From the sequence record PZ179881.1: a stretch of 41,801 bases of DNA. One strand, written 5' to 3'. The translations under genes and the position numbers were made by a program. Each line of letters begins with the position of its first letter. The stretch's first letter is position 1. The notes under the pieces were generated by a model. The model was not told the DNA's origin, did no database searches, and saw nothing but the letters and a program-made list of their open reading frames with translations. Positions 7,356 through 14,199 of the stretch are shown here, in pieces. Source of the DNA: a phage.

Positions 7356-7912
7356 TGTGGTGGGATTGTGGATTAGCGATATACGATACGCTCCGGTTTA
7401 TAGAGGATGTGAAGAAGATGGAGAAATTACATGGGGTTATGGCTACTCGCGGTCATTGTGTGGGTAATGGCGGTCTTCGCGGTCATTCGGTTGGTCGCTA
7501 TTTCCCGTGCGTGATTTACATGAAGGGTAACCCGTCACAGCTAACGTGGTGGGTGCGCCAGCCTAATGGCGTGGATGCTGGGCCGCATAAATCCTACGAG
7601 GAGGCGGCTATGACGGCGCACAGCTACAACACCGGGCAGTGTGAGGACACTATCCGGGAAGTGTACCTGATGAAGGTGCAAGTTAACGAGGACAAGGCTA
7701 CCGGGGAAACTGACTGCGTAGCCTACTGCATGGCGGAGGAGATACCCTTCGATGTGTACGGATTGTACGGCGTGACTCCCGAAGGGTTGAGCCTGCATCT
7801 GTGTGATTATGACCGCTACCCGGCAGCACGGAATGAGTTAGCCCGTGCGCAAGGTCTGGTAGCTGGTGGCCCTGTACTGTATCGTGACCTGCTGGAGGCA
7901 CTCAATGACTAA
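7355..7912 (+). CDS. Hypothetical early protein
   Basis: ATG at 7355 overlaps the upstream TGA; an alternative start at ATG 7418 has a better SD (GAGGATG... 7403-7407). Track ORF 7352 starts at GTG. Confidence 0.55.
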   Translation: MWWDCGLAIYDTLRFIEDVKKMEKLHGVMATRGHCVGNGGLRGHSVGRYFPCVIYMKGNPSQLTWWVRQPNGVDAGPHKSYEEAAMTAHSYNTGQCEDTIREVYLMKVQVNEDKATGETDCVAYCMAEEIPFDVYGLYGVTPEGLSLHLCDYDRYPAARNELARAQGLVAGGPVLYRDLLEALND

Positions 7913-8147
7913 GACACAACGCCGTATCAATAAGCGCAACCTGATTCGTAACAGCCGCCGCTACCGTGTGGTAACCGGGGAGGGTAACGGGCATTACTTT
8001 CCGGTCGGCACCATTGTACGCCATGCTGACGCTGAGCATTACGCTGATGTAGGCGGCTCTGAGTCAGAGAATAACTTCCTTGTCGTTGAGACAGGCAAGG
8101 TACGATTCCCACTCAAGCAGTGGGTAAGCCCGCGAGATATCGCATAG
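7905..8147 (+). CDS. Hypothetical early protein
   Basis: ATG 7905 preceded by GGAGG (7895-7899); in frame with track ORF 7866-8147, whose N-terminal extension is rejected. Confidence 0.55.
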   Translation: MTKTQRRINKRNLIRNSRRYRVVTGEGNGHYFPVGTIVRHADAEHYADVGGSESENNFLVVETGKVRFPLKQWVSPRDIA

Positions 8148-8164
8148 TAGGCTGGCCGAAGCGT

Positions 8165-8175
8165 TGCACTCGCAG
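8165..8175 (+). repeat. Recurring hairpin motif copy 4 (TGCACTCGCAG)
   Basis: Intergenic, flanked by AAGCG ... CGCTT, ~50 nt upstream of the ORF starting at 8223. Confidence 0.5.
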
Positions 8176-8222
8176 CGCTTTATCAAGCATACTAACTGAA
8201 TATGATGATGAGGATTTGATGT

Positions 8223-8450
8223 ATGAACCGCGTAGTTTACTCCACCGATGCCGCTCACCCTGCGTACCGCAACCCACTGGTCGAGCAACCTGCTGAATCC
8301 ATGCGGGAGTGGGAAGAACGCCCACGCCGCACAAAGCGCGAGTGCCGCGATGCACATAATGCGCTGAACATTGAGTACCGCCGCCGTGCCGCCGCGTGTG
8401 GCATGACCTTTGAGGGCTACCTTGCCCGCTTCAACATAACCCTGAAATGA
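8223..8450 (+). CDS. Hypothetical early protein
   Basis: 75-aa ORF, GAGGA 8 nt upstream. Confidence 0.6.
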   Translation: MNRVVYSTDAAHPAYRNPLVEQPAESMREWEERPRRTKRECRDAHNALNIEYRRRAAACGMTFEGYLARFNITLK

Positions 8451-8460
8451 GGATGTTAAT

Positions 8461-8988
8461 ATGACCCGCACTATCTACCCAGGCTTGAAAGTCCGCGTCC
8501 GTGATGATGCCGCTGGCGTTAATTCGTGGAACATCGGCAAGGTGGTTACCATCGCGCAGGTGTATGGTAATTGGGCGTTGTACTACTACGACGATAACCC
8601 GACCCGCTACCGCATGACGCTGTTTAACTTCTGGAATCGCTTCGAATCGCTCGAAGTGAAAGGCCCGTTCCCTGACGACGAGCCGCAGGTATTCAACGAT
8701 GTGCGCCAGGCACCGCTGGGTATGGTGCTGCGCTATGACCTCGACGGTGAAGCGCCTTCCCGTGGTGCTAAGTATCCGTATGTCGTCCGCCTGTACTCCG
8801 GGCTGCACGGCTGGTGTCGTAATCGTGGGGCATGGGTGCCGATTCCGGCAGACCACGAGGGCGCATGGCTGTTCAACCTGAAAGACGTGTGGCCTGTACC
8901 AGCGCAGTGGACTGAGGCATTCGAGTACCCGATGCCATCCAATGCAATCCTTTATGTTCAACGTGTAACGGGAGCTGACAATGCTTAA
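8461..8988 (+). CDS. Hypothetical early protein
   Basis: 175-aa ORF, GAGGA upstream; Trp/Tyr-rich, no recognised domain. Confidence 0.65.
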   Translation: MTRTIYPGLKVRVRDDAAGVNSWNIGKVVTIAQVYGNWALYYYDDNPTRYRMTLFNFWNRFESLEVKGPFPDDEPQVFNDVRQAPLGMVLRYDLDGEAPSRGAKYPYVVRLYSGLHGWCRNRGAWVPIPADHEGAWLFNLKDVWPVPAQWTEAFEYPMPSNAILYVQRVTGADNA

Positions 8989-9364
8989 CCGACTGACTTT
9001 AATCATCCGCCCGGCGTCCAGCTATCACGCCCAGATTAAGAAGATACTGACCGACGAACGCTTCGACCACCAGTTCGGCTCGTTGCAGGTAGAGAACGCT
9101 GATACCGGACACACGGAAGACGTGGTGCTGGTGACCTGCGTGGACTTCCACGATGTAGGCGTAGTGATTGAGAAGCTGCGCACCCGTATCAATCCGAGCT
9201 ACTATCTGGTTGATGCGAGCAAGGCGGTGTTCAGCTACCACCATGTTAACCGCAAGCTGACCGCGCTGGGTTATCTGTACCAGTCCGACGTGGTGCTTCA
9301 CACGTATAACCGCCACATCAAAGTAGGCGACACTAACTATTCATTCTGGGAGAGCAAAGCATGA
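8981..9364 (+). CDS. Hypothetical early protein
   Basis: 127-aa ORF, GGGAG upstream, overlaps neighbours by a few nt. Confidence 0.6.
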   Translation: MLNRLTLIIRPASSYHAQIKKILTDERFDHQFGSLQVENADTGHTEDVVLVTCVDFHDVGVVIEKLRTRINPSYYLVDASKAVFSYHHVNRKLTALGYLYQSDVVLHTYNRHIKVGDTNYSFWESKA

Positions 9365-9657
9365 GCAAGAAAGCAGACGCATTGAACGGGGCAAAGGCAC
9401 GTATCGTAACGCTGGAGCGAGCCTACGAAGGGCTTGAGGGTAAGTACGCCCAGCTTCAAGCGCGGGCTGTGGTGGCTGAGCGCCGCTTCGAGTCAGCGCT
9501 GAGTGAGCTGGAGAACAAACACGCAGAGCTGGCTAACTGCCGTGGCCTGAATACCAGCCTGATTAAGAAGCTGGAGACGGCTCGCATCTGGGCTGTGGTC
9601 TTCGGCCTGCTGCTGGTAACCACCATCGGAACAATCGCAGGAGGTGTGTTCGCATGA
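9361..9657 (+). CDS. Hypothetical small membrane protein (coiled-coil N-terminus, C-terminal TM anchor)
   Basis: 98 aa; heptad-like charged helix then C-terminal hydrophobic segment IWAVVFGLLLVTTIGTIAGGVFA; GGGAGAG upstream; ATGA overlap with upstream gene. Confidence 0.6.
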   Translation: MSKKADALNGAKARIVTLERAYEGLEGKYAQLQARAVVAERRFESALSELENKHAELANCRGLNTSLIKKLETARIWAVVFGLLLVTTIGTIAGGVFA

Positions 9658-10082
9658 GCACTGGCACCGCACTGGTTCACCCGGATACCGCCAAGCTAAC
9701 GCCTGATGAGCAGAAGAAGGGCATCTACCACTACACGCCGCCAGAGGTTCTGGCGTTTAACAATGGCGAGCGCCTGACGGAGGACGACCTTGAAATCGTC
9801 AAGAAATTCTACGGTGGAGTTATCCCCAACATTACGCCGCATGACGTACCGGATGCGATACCCGCAGCTCCAGCAAATCCCGCGCCGCGACGTGTCGAAG
9901 CAAGCCCTGCACTCGCAGCACCTTACGGCGGTGCAAAGCGATTAGTGCGGCGGCGCACGGTGCAACCGGGGGCGGTGCCGCTGGTTGATATCACGAAACA
10001 ACTGGCAGCTAACCTGTCAGAAGATGATGCGTGGGCCGTACTGGTCACGCTGGCTCAACGATTCGATTTAGAGGTAGAGTAA
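9654..10082 (+). CDS. Hypothetical early protein (Pro/Ala-rich linker)
   Basis: 142-aa ORF with AGGAGG 9 nt upstream. Confidence 0.6.
   Translation: MSTGTALVHPDTAKLTPDEQKKGIYHYTPPEVLAFNNGERLTEDDLEIVKKFYGGVIPNITPHDVPDAIPAAPANPAPRRVEASPALAAPYGGAKRLVRRRTVQPGAVPLVDITKQLAANLSEDDAWAVLVTLAQRFDLEVE
9907..9918 (+). repeat. Recurring hairpin motif copy 5 (CTGCACTCGCAG)
   Basis: Inside ORF 9654-10082. Confidence 0.45.
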
Positions 10083-10083
10083 C

Positions 10084-10410
10084 ATGGCCAAGACCTTCAA
10101 GATTAACGCAAACTTCACCGCAACCCTGAGCCTGCAAACTGCTGGCGTTGATGAGTATGTCCGCGCCATCCGTGAAGCCGATGAGGTCGGCGAAATGGGT
10201 GAGTTCAGCAAGCGTCTGGTGAGCCTGCTGGACGAAGGCAAGACCGACGAGGCGCTGGTGATGCTGTTCAAGCACGGCATCCGCGCTGGCCTGAAAGACC
10301 TGGGTGACCAGCTCAACAACGAACTGCTGGAAGACCACGGCAAGTTCAAACACGCCCCGGCTACGGTATCCGTAGTCCCTGCAACCCCTCTCAATGTTGA
10401 CGCGGAGTAA
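10084..10410 (+). CDS. Hypothetical early protein (acidic)
   Basis: 108-aa ORF, GAGG upstream. Confidence 0.6.
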   Translation: MAKTFKINANFTATLSLQTAGVDEYVRAIREADEVGEMGEFSKRLVSLLDEGKTDEALVMLFKHGIRAGLKDLGDQLNNELLEDHGKFKHAPATVSVVPATPLNVDAE

Positions 10411-10415
10411 TGACG

Positions 10416-10673
10416 ATGAATGCGATTAAATTCCTGACTAACCTGCTGGTCAAGGCGTACCAGAAAGAAGCTGCCCGCGTACAGGCCGAGGCCGACAAGC
10501 TGGCGCAGGCACAAGCCGCCGAAGCGCTGAATGCAGTAGAGCTGGCGAAGGCTGCCGAGGTAGCCCGCGAGCAATCCGTAGAGCTGGGCCGTCAGAAGAC
10601 CGCCGCAGCCGACCGCGCCGCAGGCATCGCTGCCCGTGGCAAACAAGTTGAAGCCTTCTTCCTGGGAGAGTAA
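10416..10673 (+). CDS. Hypothetical protein (Ala-rich coiled coil)
   Basis: Track ORF 10410-10673; second in-frame ATG at 10416 has better SD spacing (GGAG 10403-10406). Confidence 0.5.
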   Translation: MNAIKFLTNLLVKAYQKEAARVQAEADKLAQAQAAEALNAVELAKAAEVAREQSVELGRQKTAAADRAAGIAARGKQVEAFFLGE

Positions 10674-10677
10674 GCGA

Positions 10678-10902
10678 ATGGAAATCATCAAAGTAGAAAT
10701 CATCTTCAAGCACACGCTGGCTGATAAAGTCAAGAACCTGTTCCGCCCGAAGGCCAAGCGCTTCCCGGCAGTCGCAACCTTCACCGGGTTCGATGCGGCG
10801 AGCCATAGCACTCAGGGTGTGCGGGTACGCTGGGGCCAGAACGCCTACCACTACCCGTGGCATCAGGTGAAACGTCTCAAGCTGACGTACAAGCCGGAGT
10901 AA
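10678..10902 (+). CDS. Hypothetical protein
   Basis: ATG 10678 preceded by GGGAGAG; in frame with track ORF 10636-10902, whose N-terminus would overlap the upstream gene. Confidence 0.5.
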   Translation: MEIIKVEIIFKHTLADKVKNLFRPKAKRFPAVATFTGFDAASHSTQGVRVRWGQNAYHYPWHQVKRLKLTYKPE

Positions 10903-10910
10903 TACAGCTA

Positions 10911-10933
10911 CAGGGTGGCGCTGTGCTGCCCTG
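10911..10933 (+). terminator. Hairpin at the early/replication boundary (possible terminator or processing site)
   Basis: CAGGGTGGC-GCTGT-GCTGCCCTG (9-bp stem with two G-U pairs) followed by a T-containing run TGTCGGTGTT; between the last early ORF and primase. Confidence 0.3.
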
Positions 10934-10962
10934 TGTCGGTGTTAATCCGTGAGGTAATGGTA

Positions 10963-11631
10963 ATGGCTAGACAGATTGAGAAACGGCTCTGGTTGCCGCA
11001 GGCGCGGCTTCTTCCCGTTGGTCATGACGATAAGATAATCCACAAAGGGTGTGGTGATAGACCGTCGCTGTTCATCAAGAACGACGACGATAAGTATTGG
11101 TGCTTCTGCCACCGCTGCCACGGCGGTGACTTCATGCCGAAGACATTGCAGCGAGTCAAGCAGAAGCTGGCACCTAAAACCGGATGGGTGCCGGAGGATA
11201 TCATCCCGCTTATGGATGCGGTGGTGAGTGAGCCTTACAACTTCCGTGAAATCTTCGAACGATATAGGATTAGTCCTTATGTTTCAATTCTTCGGTTTGC
11301 GCGTGATACGAAACGCATATACCTTCCTGATTCATCTGGTTCGCTCATGGGCCTGGATGCTACGGGGCAGGCCATTGCCCGGTTCTATTCCCCGCACAAG
11401 CGAAACCTGGCGGTATTCTATGGTGACAATCCTGGTAGCCTTGTTGTTACTGGAGGCATTGAGGAGTATCTTACTCGTTGCAAGGCTAATGAGTCCGCAA
11501 TCCTGGTGATGAACCGGGCCGCTGAGAAGGCCGCACTTGCAGAGCTTTCGAAGGGTTCGTATACGAATCTGGTCGAAGGCAAGTTTCTTAAAGACGGGTT
11601 CAAGCGTGACCTGCGAATGTTCAAGGAGTAA
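10963..11631 (+). CDS. DNA primase (zinc-ribbon plus primase core)
   Basis: Cys4 zinc-binding motif CGDRPSLF...CFCHRCHGG near N-terminus; lies directly upstream of helicase; start chosen at ATG 10963 (GAGG 8 nt upstream) rather than track GTG 10915, which falls inside a hairpin. Confidence 0.6.
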   Translation: MARQIEKRLWLPQARLLPVGHDDKIIHKGCGDRPSLFIKNDDDKYWCFCHRCHGGDFMPKTLQRVKQKLAPKTGWVPEDIIPLMDAVVSEPYNFREIFERYRISPYVSILRFARDTKRIYLPDSSGSLMGLDATGQAIARFYSPHKRNLAVFYGDNPGSLVVTGGIEEYLTRCKANESAILVMNRAAEKAALAELSKGSYTNLVEGKFLKDGFKRDLRMFKE

Positions 11632-12878
11632 TGATGTTAGATAAACTGCTGGTAGCAACACTGGCTGACCGCACACGATACAAGGCGCTGGCTAAGCAGG
11701 TGCCTCTGGGTGAGCTGGGGACGTCAACCGAGTGGCTCATCAAGTCGTTCGGCACGTTCTTCGACCGTAACCCGGAGGCGAAGCAGGTCGATTATGATGT
11801 GCTCCGCACGATGGCGCGGCTCAAGCTGGAGAATCAGGAGTCTGCCCCGGTGCTGACGCTGATTGACAAGGCGGCGGAGATTAAGGTCACGCCGGAACAA
11901 ATCAACAACACGTCCCTGATGCTGATGGAGCAGGGCTACGCCGGGCGAGTCGCTACACTGGTTAACCGATACCAGGACGGCGAGGAGCTGGACATTAGCC
12001 ACGAGCTTTACAAAGAGACGATGGCGATGCGCAAGCAGATTGGCGCGTCGGCTGAAACCATGTTTGAGGAGCCGGATATCCATGAGATACTTGCTGAGCA
12101 AGCTCGTGACGAAGGCCTTAAATTCCGACAGACTTGTTTGCAGGAGTTCATCAAAGGTCTTATGCCCCCGCTGTCAGTTGCTTTCTGTGCTGGAGTGGAC
12201 TCTGGTAAGACCTCGTTCCTCTGCGACGCCCTCACCTACTTCGCGCCGCAGGCGGAGAAGCTCTGGCCAGGCCGCCCGATACTCTGGTTCAGCAACGAAG
12301 GCGTCGTCCGCGAAATCTGGCCTCGTCTCTACTCCGCTGCCCTCGGAATGGATGGGAAGAAGTTAGCCCACATGCCAGCGCGTGACCTGTATAAGAAGTA
12401 CGAGGATGCGCTGGGCGGCAACCGCCACAAGATTAAGCTGAAAGATGCACACGGCTGGTCACTGGCTCAGGTAGCCGGGGTGGTTGAGGAGATGAATCCA
12501 ATCATCGTCGTGTTCGACATGCTGGCTAACTTCAAGTTACCCGGCGTGGAGAAGCGCCACGAGAAGATGGAGGCGTTGTTCCAGGAGGTGCGTGAGATGG
12601 CAGCGCTGCATGACTTCATCGCTATCAGCACCGTCCAGTTGAGCGCCGAGGGTTACGACATGCTGTACCCGCCAGGCACCGCATTGAAGGATGCGAAGAT
12701 TGGTATTCAGGGTGCGCTGGATATCCAGATTAACATGGGCCGCTTGAACGACCAGGCTTACGAGGCGATTCGCGGGTTCAGCCTGCCGAAGAACAAGCGT
12801 AAGATGGTAGGCAAGTCCAGTAACATGAAGGCTGAGGTGTTGTTCCAGCCTGACTTAGCGAGGTTTATTGACAATTGA
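11631..12878 (+). CDS. Replicative DNA helicase (DnaB/T7 gp4 helicase-domain-like)
   Basis: 415 aa; Walker A-like AGVDSGKTSF; AAGGAG upstream; ATG overlaps primase stop. Confidence 0.75.
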   Translation: MMLDKLLVATLADRTRYKALAKQVPLGELGTSTEWLIKSFGTFFDRNPEAKQVDYDVLRTMARLKLENQESAPVLTLIDKAAEIKVTPEQINNTSLMLMEQGYAGRVATLVNRYQDGEELDISHELYKETMAMRKQIGASAETMFEEPDIHEILAEQARDEGLKFRQTCLQEFIKGLMPPLSVAFCAGVDSGKTSFLCDALTYFAPQAEKLWPGRPILWFSNEGVVREIWPRLYSAALGMDGKKLAHMPARDLYKKYEDALGGNRHKIKLKDAHGWSLAQVAGVVEEMNPIIVVFDMLANFKLPGVEKRHEKMEALFQEVREMAALHDFIAISTVQLSAEGYDMLYPPGTALKDAKIGIQGALDIQINMGRLNDQAYEAIRGFSLPKNKRKMVGKSSNMKAEVLFQPDLARFIDN

Positions 12879-13048
12879 ATCAGGACATAACTATCTGCCA
12901 GTGCAGCCGCATGTACGACGACCTGACAATGCAGGTGATTTATAGAACATGCAAGCGCTGCACAATGCGCAAAGAGGAGGCGGCTAAGGCCGCTGTCCGT
13001 AACGCACCGATTAAACGTCTGCAATTACTGGAGGACATTCATGGTTAA
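12875..13048 (+). CDS. Possible small zinc-ribbon protein (uncertain, non-ATG start)
   Basis: Not in ORF track (<60 aa). Frame open from 12872; TTG 12875 would give 57 aa containing C-x-C...C-x2-C (ICQCS...RTCKRC); an ATG at 12911 would give 45 aa lacking the first Cys pair; weak SD. Confidence 0.25.
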   Translation: MNQDITICQCSRMYDDLTMQVIYRTCKRCTMRKEEAAKAAVRNAPIKRLQLLEDIHG

Positions 13049-13232
13049 TATTCAGCAAGTAGTTGAGATTGCTAAAGAAACCCACGGTGGCAAGGATATG
13101 TTCTTGCATGAGCTGGCTGAGGGTATGTGTGGTGCATTCCGCTGTGAAGGGCTGCATTGTTCGAACTGTCCGTTTAACAACGGGGACGCTCTGAAAGAGC
13201 ACATCATTGAATTGGCGGGAGAACTGGCATGA
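13041..13232 (+). CDS. Small Cys-rich hypothetical protein
   Basis: 63 aa with GGAGGA 6 nt upstream; Cys cluster CGAFRCEGLHCSNCP. Confidence 0.55.
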   Translation: MVNIQQVVEIAKETHGGKDMFLHELAEGMCGAFRCEGLHCSNCPFNNGDALKEHIIELAGELA

Positions 13233-14134
13233 GCAGCTTAACCGTAATGAAGGGCGTGGCGTTCACGCAGAAGCGCCTGCTGCAATGGCTCAAGGAGGAC
13301 GGCAAGGTAGTCGTCCAGACTAAGCGCGACGAGATTCGTTGTGTGGCTAAGGTGGAAGACACTGGCGTAACCTACACCAGCGCCAGCGGCAAGCCCCTCT
13401 ACAACATACACCAGGCGTTCAGCAACCTGTTCACCATGCTGTTTGAAATGACAGGGCTGACGAAGTTCGACATGGGTGTGAGCGTGAACAACTCCTTCGA
13501 CTTGACGAAGCGTGTAGTTCGTGCTAGCAAGAAGCAGTACGACTGCCGTGGCCAGATTGAGTACGAGTTCTGGGACGGCACGAAGAAGAATCCGATTCAC
13601 GTCTACACCGGGCCGCTCACTATGGAGTTCTGGCTGTATGACCTGCCGGAGCTGGGGTGGAAGCCCTACGAAGAACGCCGGAAGATGATGGCTGAGCTGT
13701 GCCGCATGGCAGGTAACAGCCTGTTCTGCCCGGAGACAGAGGTGGTGACCAGCGAGAAGGATGTGTACCAGATACACGACATGCTCATCGGCCTGGGCCA
13801 CGAAGGTACAATGGTCAAGCGCTTCGACCACCGCTACACCGAAGGCCGGACAGTAGACTGGATGAAGTTGAAGCCAGAGGATGAAGTTGATGTGGAAATT
13901 ATCGGCTACACGCCAGGAGAGAACGGCTTCGAAGGAATGGTGGGGTCGCTTATCGGCAGAGCAGAGGACGGCAGCACTGTCAGTTTTAGCGGATTTACGC
14001 TTGAGCTTCGACGGGAACTCACTGATAATTTTGAAGCGTATCGTGGACGCTGGGCCGAGGTTCGCTATATGCAGCGCGATTCTCAAGGCGGCTACCGCCA
14101 CCCGCGCTTCTACCGCTGGCACCCCGATAAGTAA
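13229..14134 (+). CDS. ATP-dependent DNA ligase
   Basis: 301 aa; nucleotidyltransferase-like motifs (LKEDGK / KRDEIR region, EGTMVKR, DWMKLKP, C-terminal RHPRFYRWHPDK); position before DNAP as in phiKMV-type genomes. Motif I is atypical, so moderate confidence. Confidence 0.65.
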   Translation: MSSLTVMKGVAFTQKRLLQWLKEDGKVVVQTKRDEIRCVAKVEDTGVTYTSASGKPLYNIHQAFSNLFTMLFEMTGLTKFDMGVSVNNSFDLTKRVVRASKKQYDCRGQIEYEFWDGTKKNPIHVYTGPLTMEFWLYDLPELGWKPYEERRKMMAELCRMAGNSLFCPETEVVTSEKDVYQIHDMLIGLGHEGTMVKRFDHRYTEGRTVDWMKLKPEDEVDVEIIGYTPGENGFEGMVGSLIGRAEDGSTVSFSGFTLELRRELTDNFEAYRGRWAEVRYMQRDSQGGYRHPRFYRWHPDK

Positions 14135-14199
14135 TCCACGGGAAATACCAGAGGACGCGAAGTTCCCTAAAGACTGGCACTTGACAGGGTGGAATTGAC

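Noticed and set aside
7866-7904. N-terminal extension of ORF 7866-8147
   Set aside because: Would overlap the upstream gene by 47 nt with no SD; internal ATG 7905 has a GGAGG at ideal spacing.
10915-10962. GTG start at 10915 for the primase ORF
   Set aside because: The extension lies inside the 10911-10933 hairpin and has no SD; ATG 10963 with GAGG at 8 nt is preferred.
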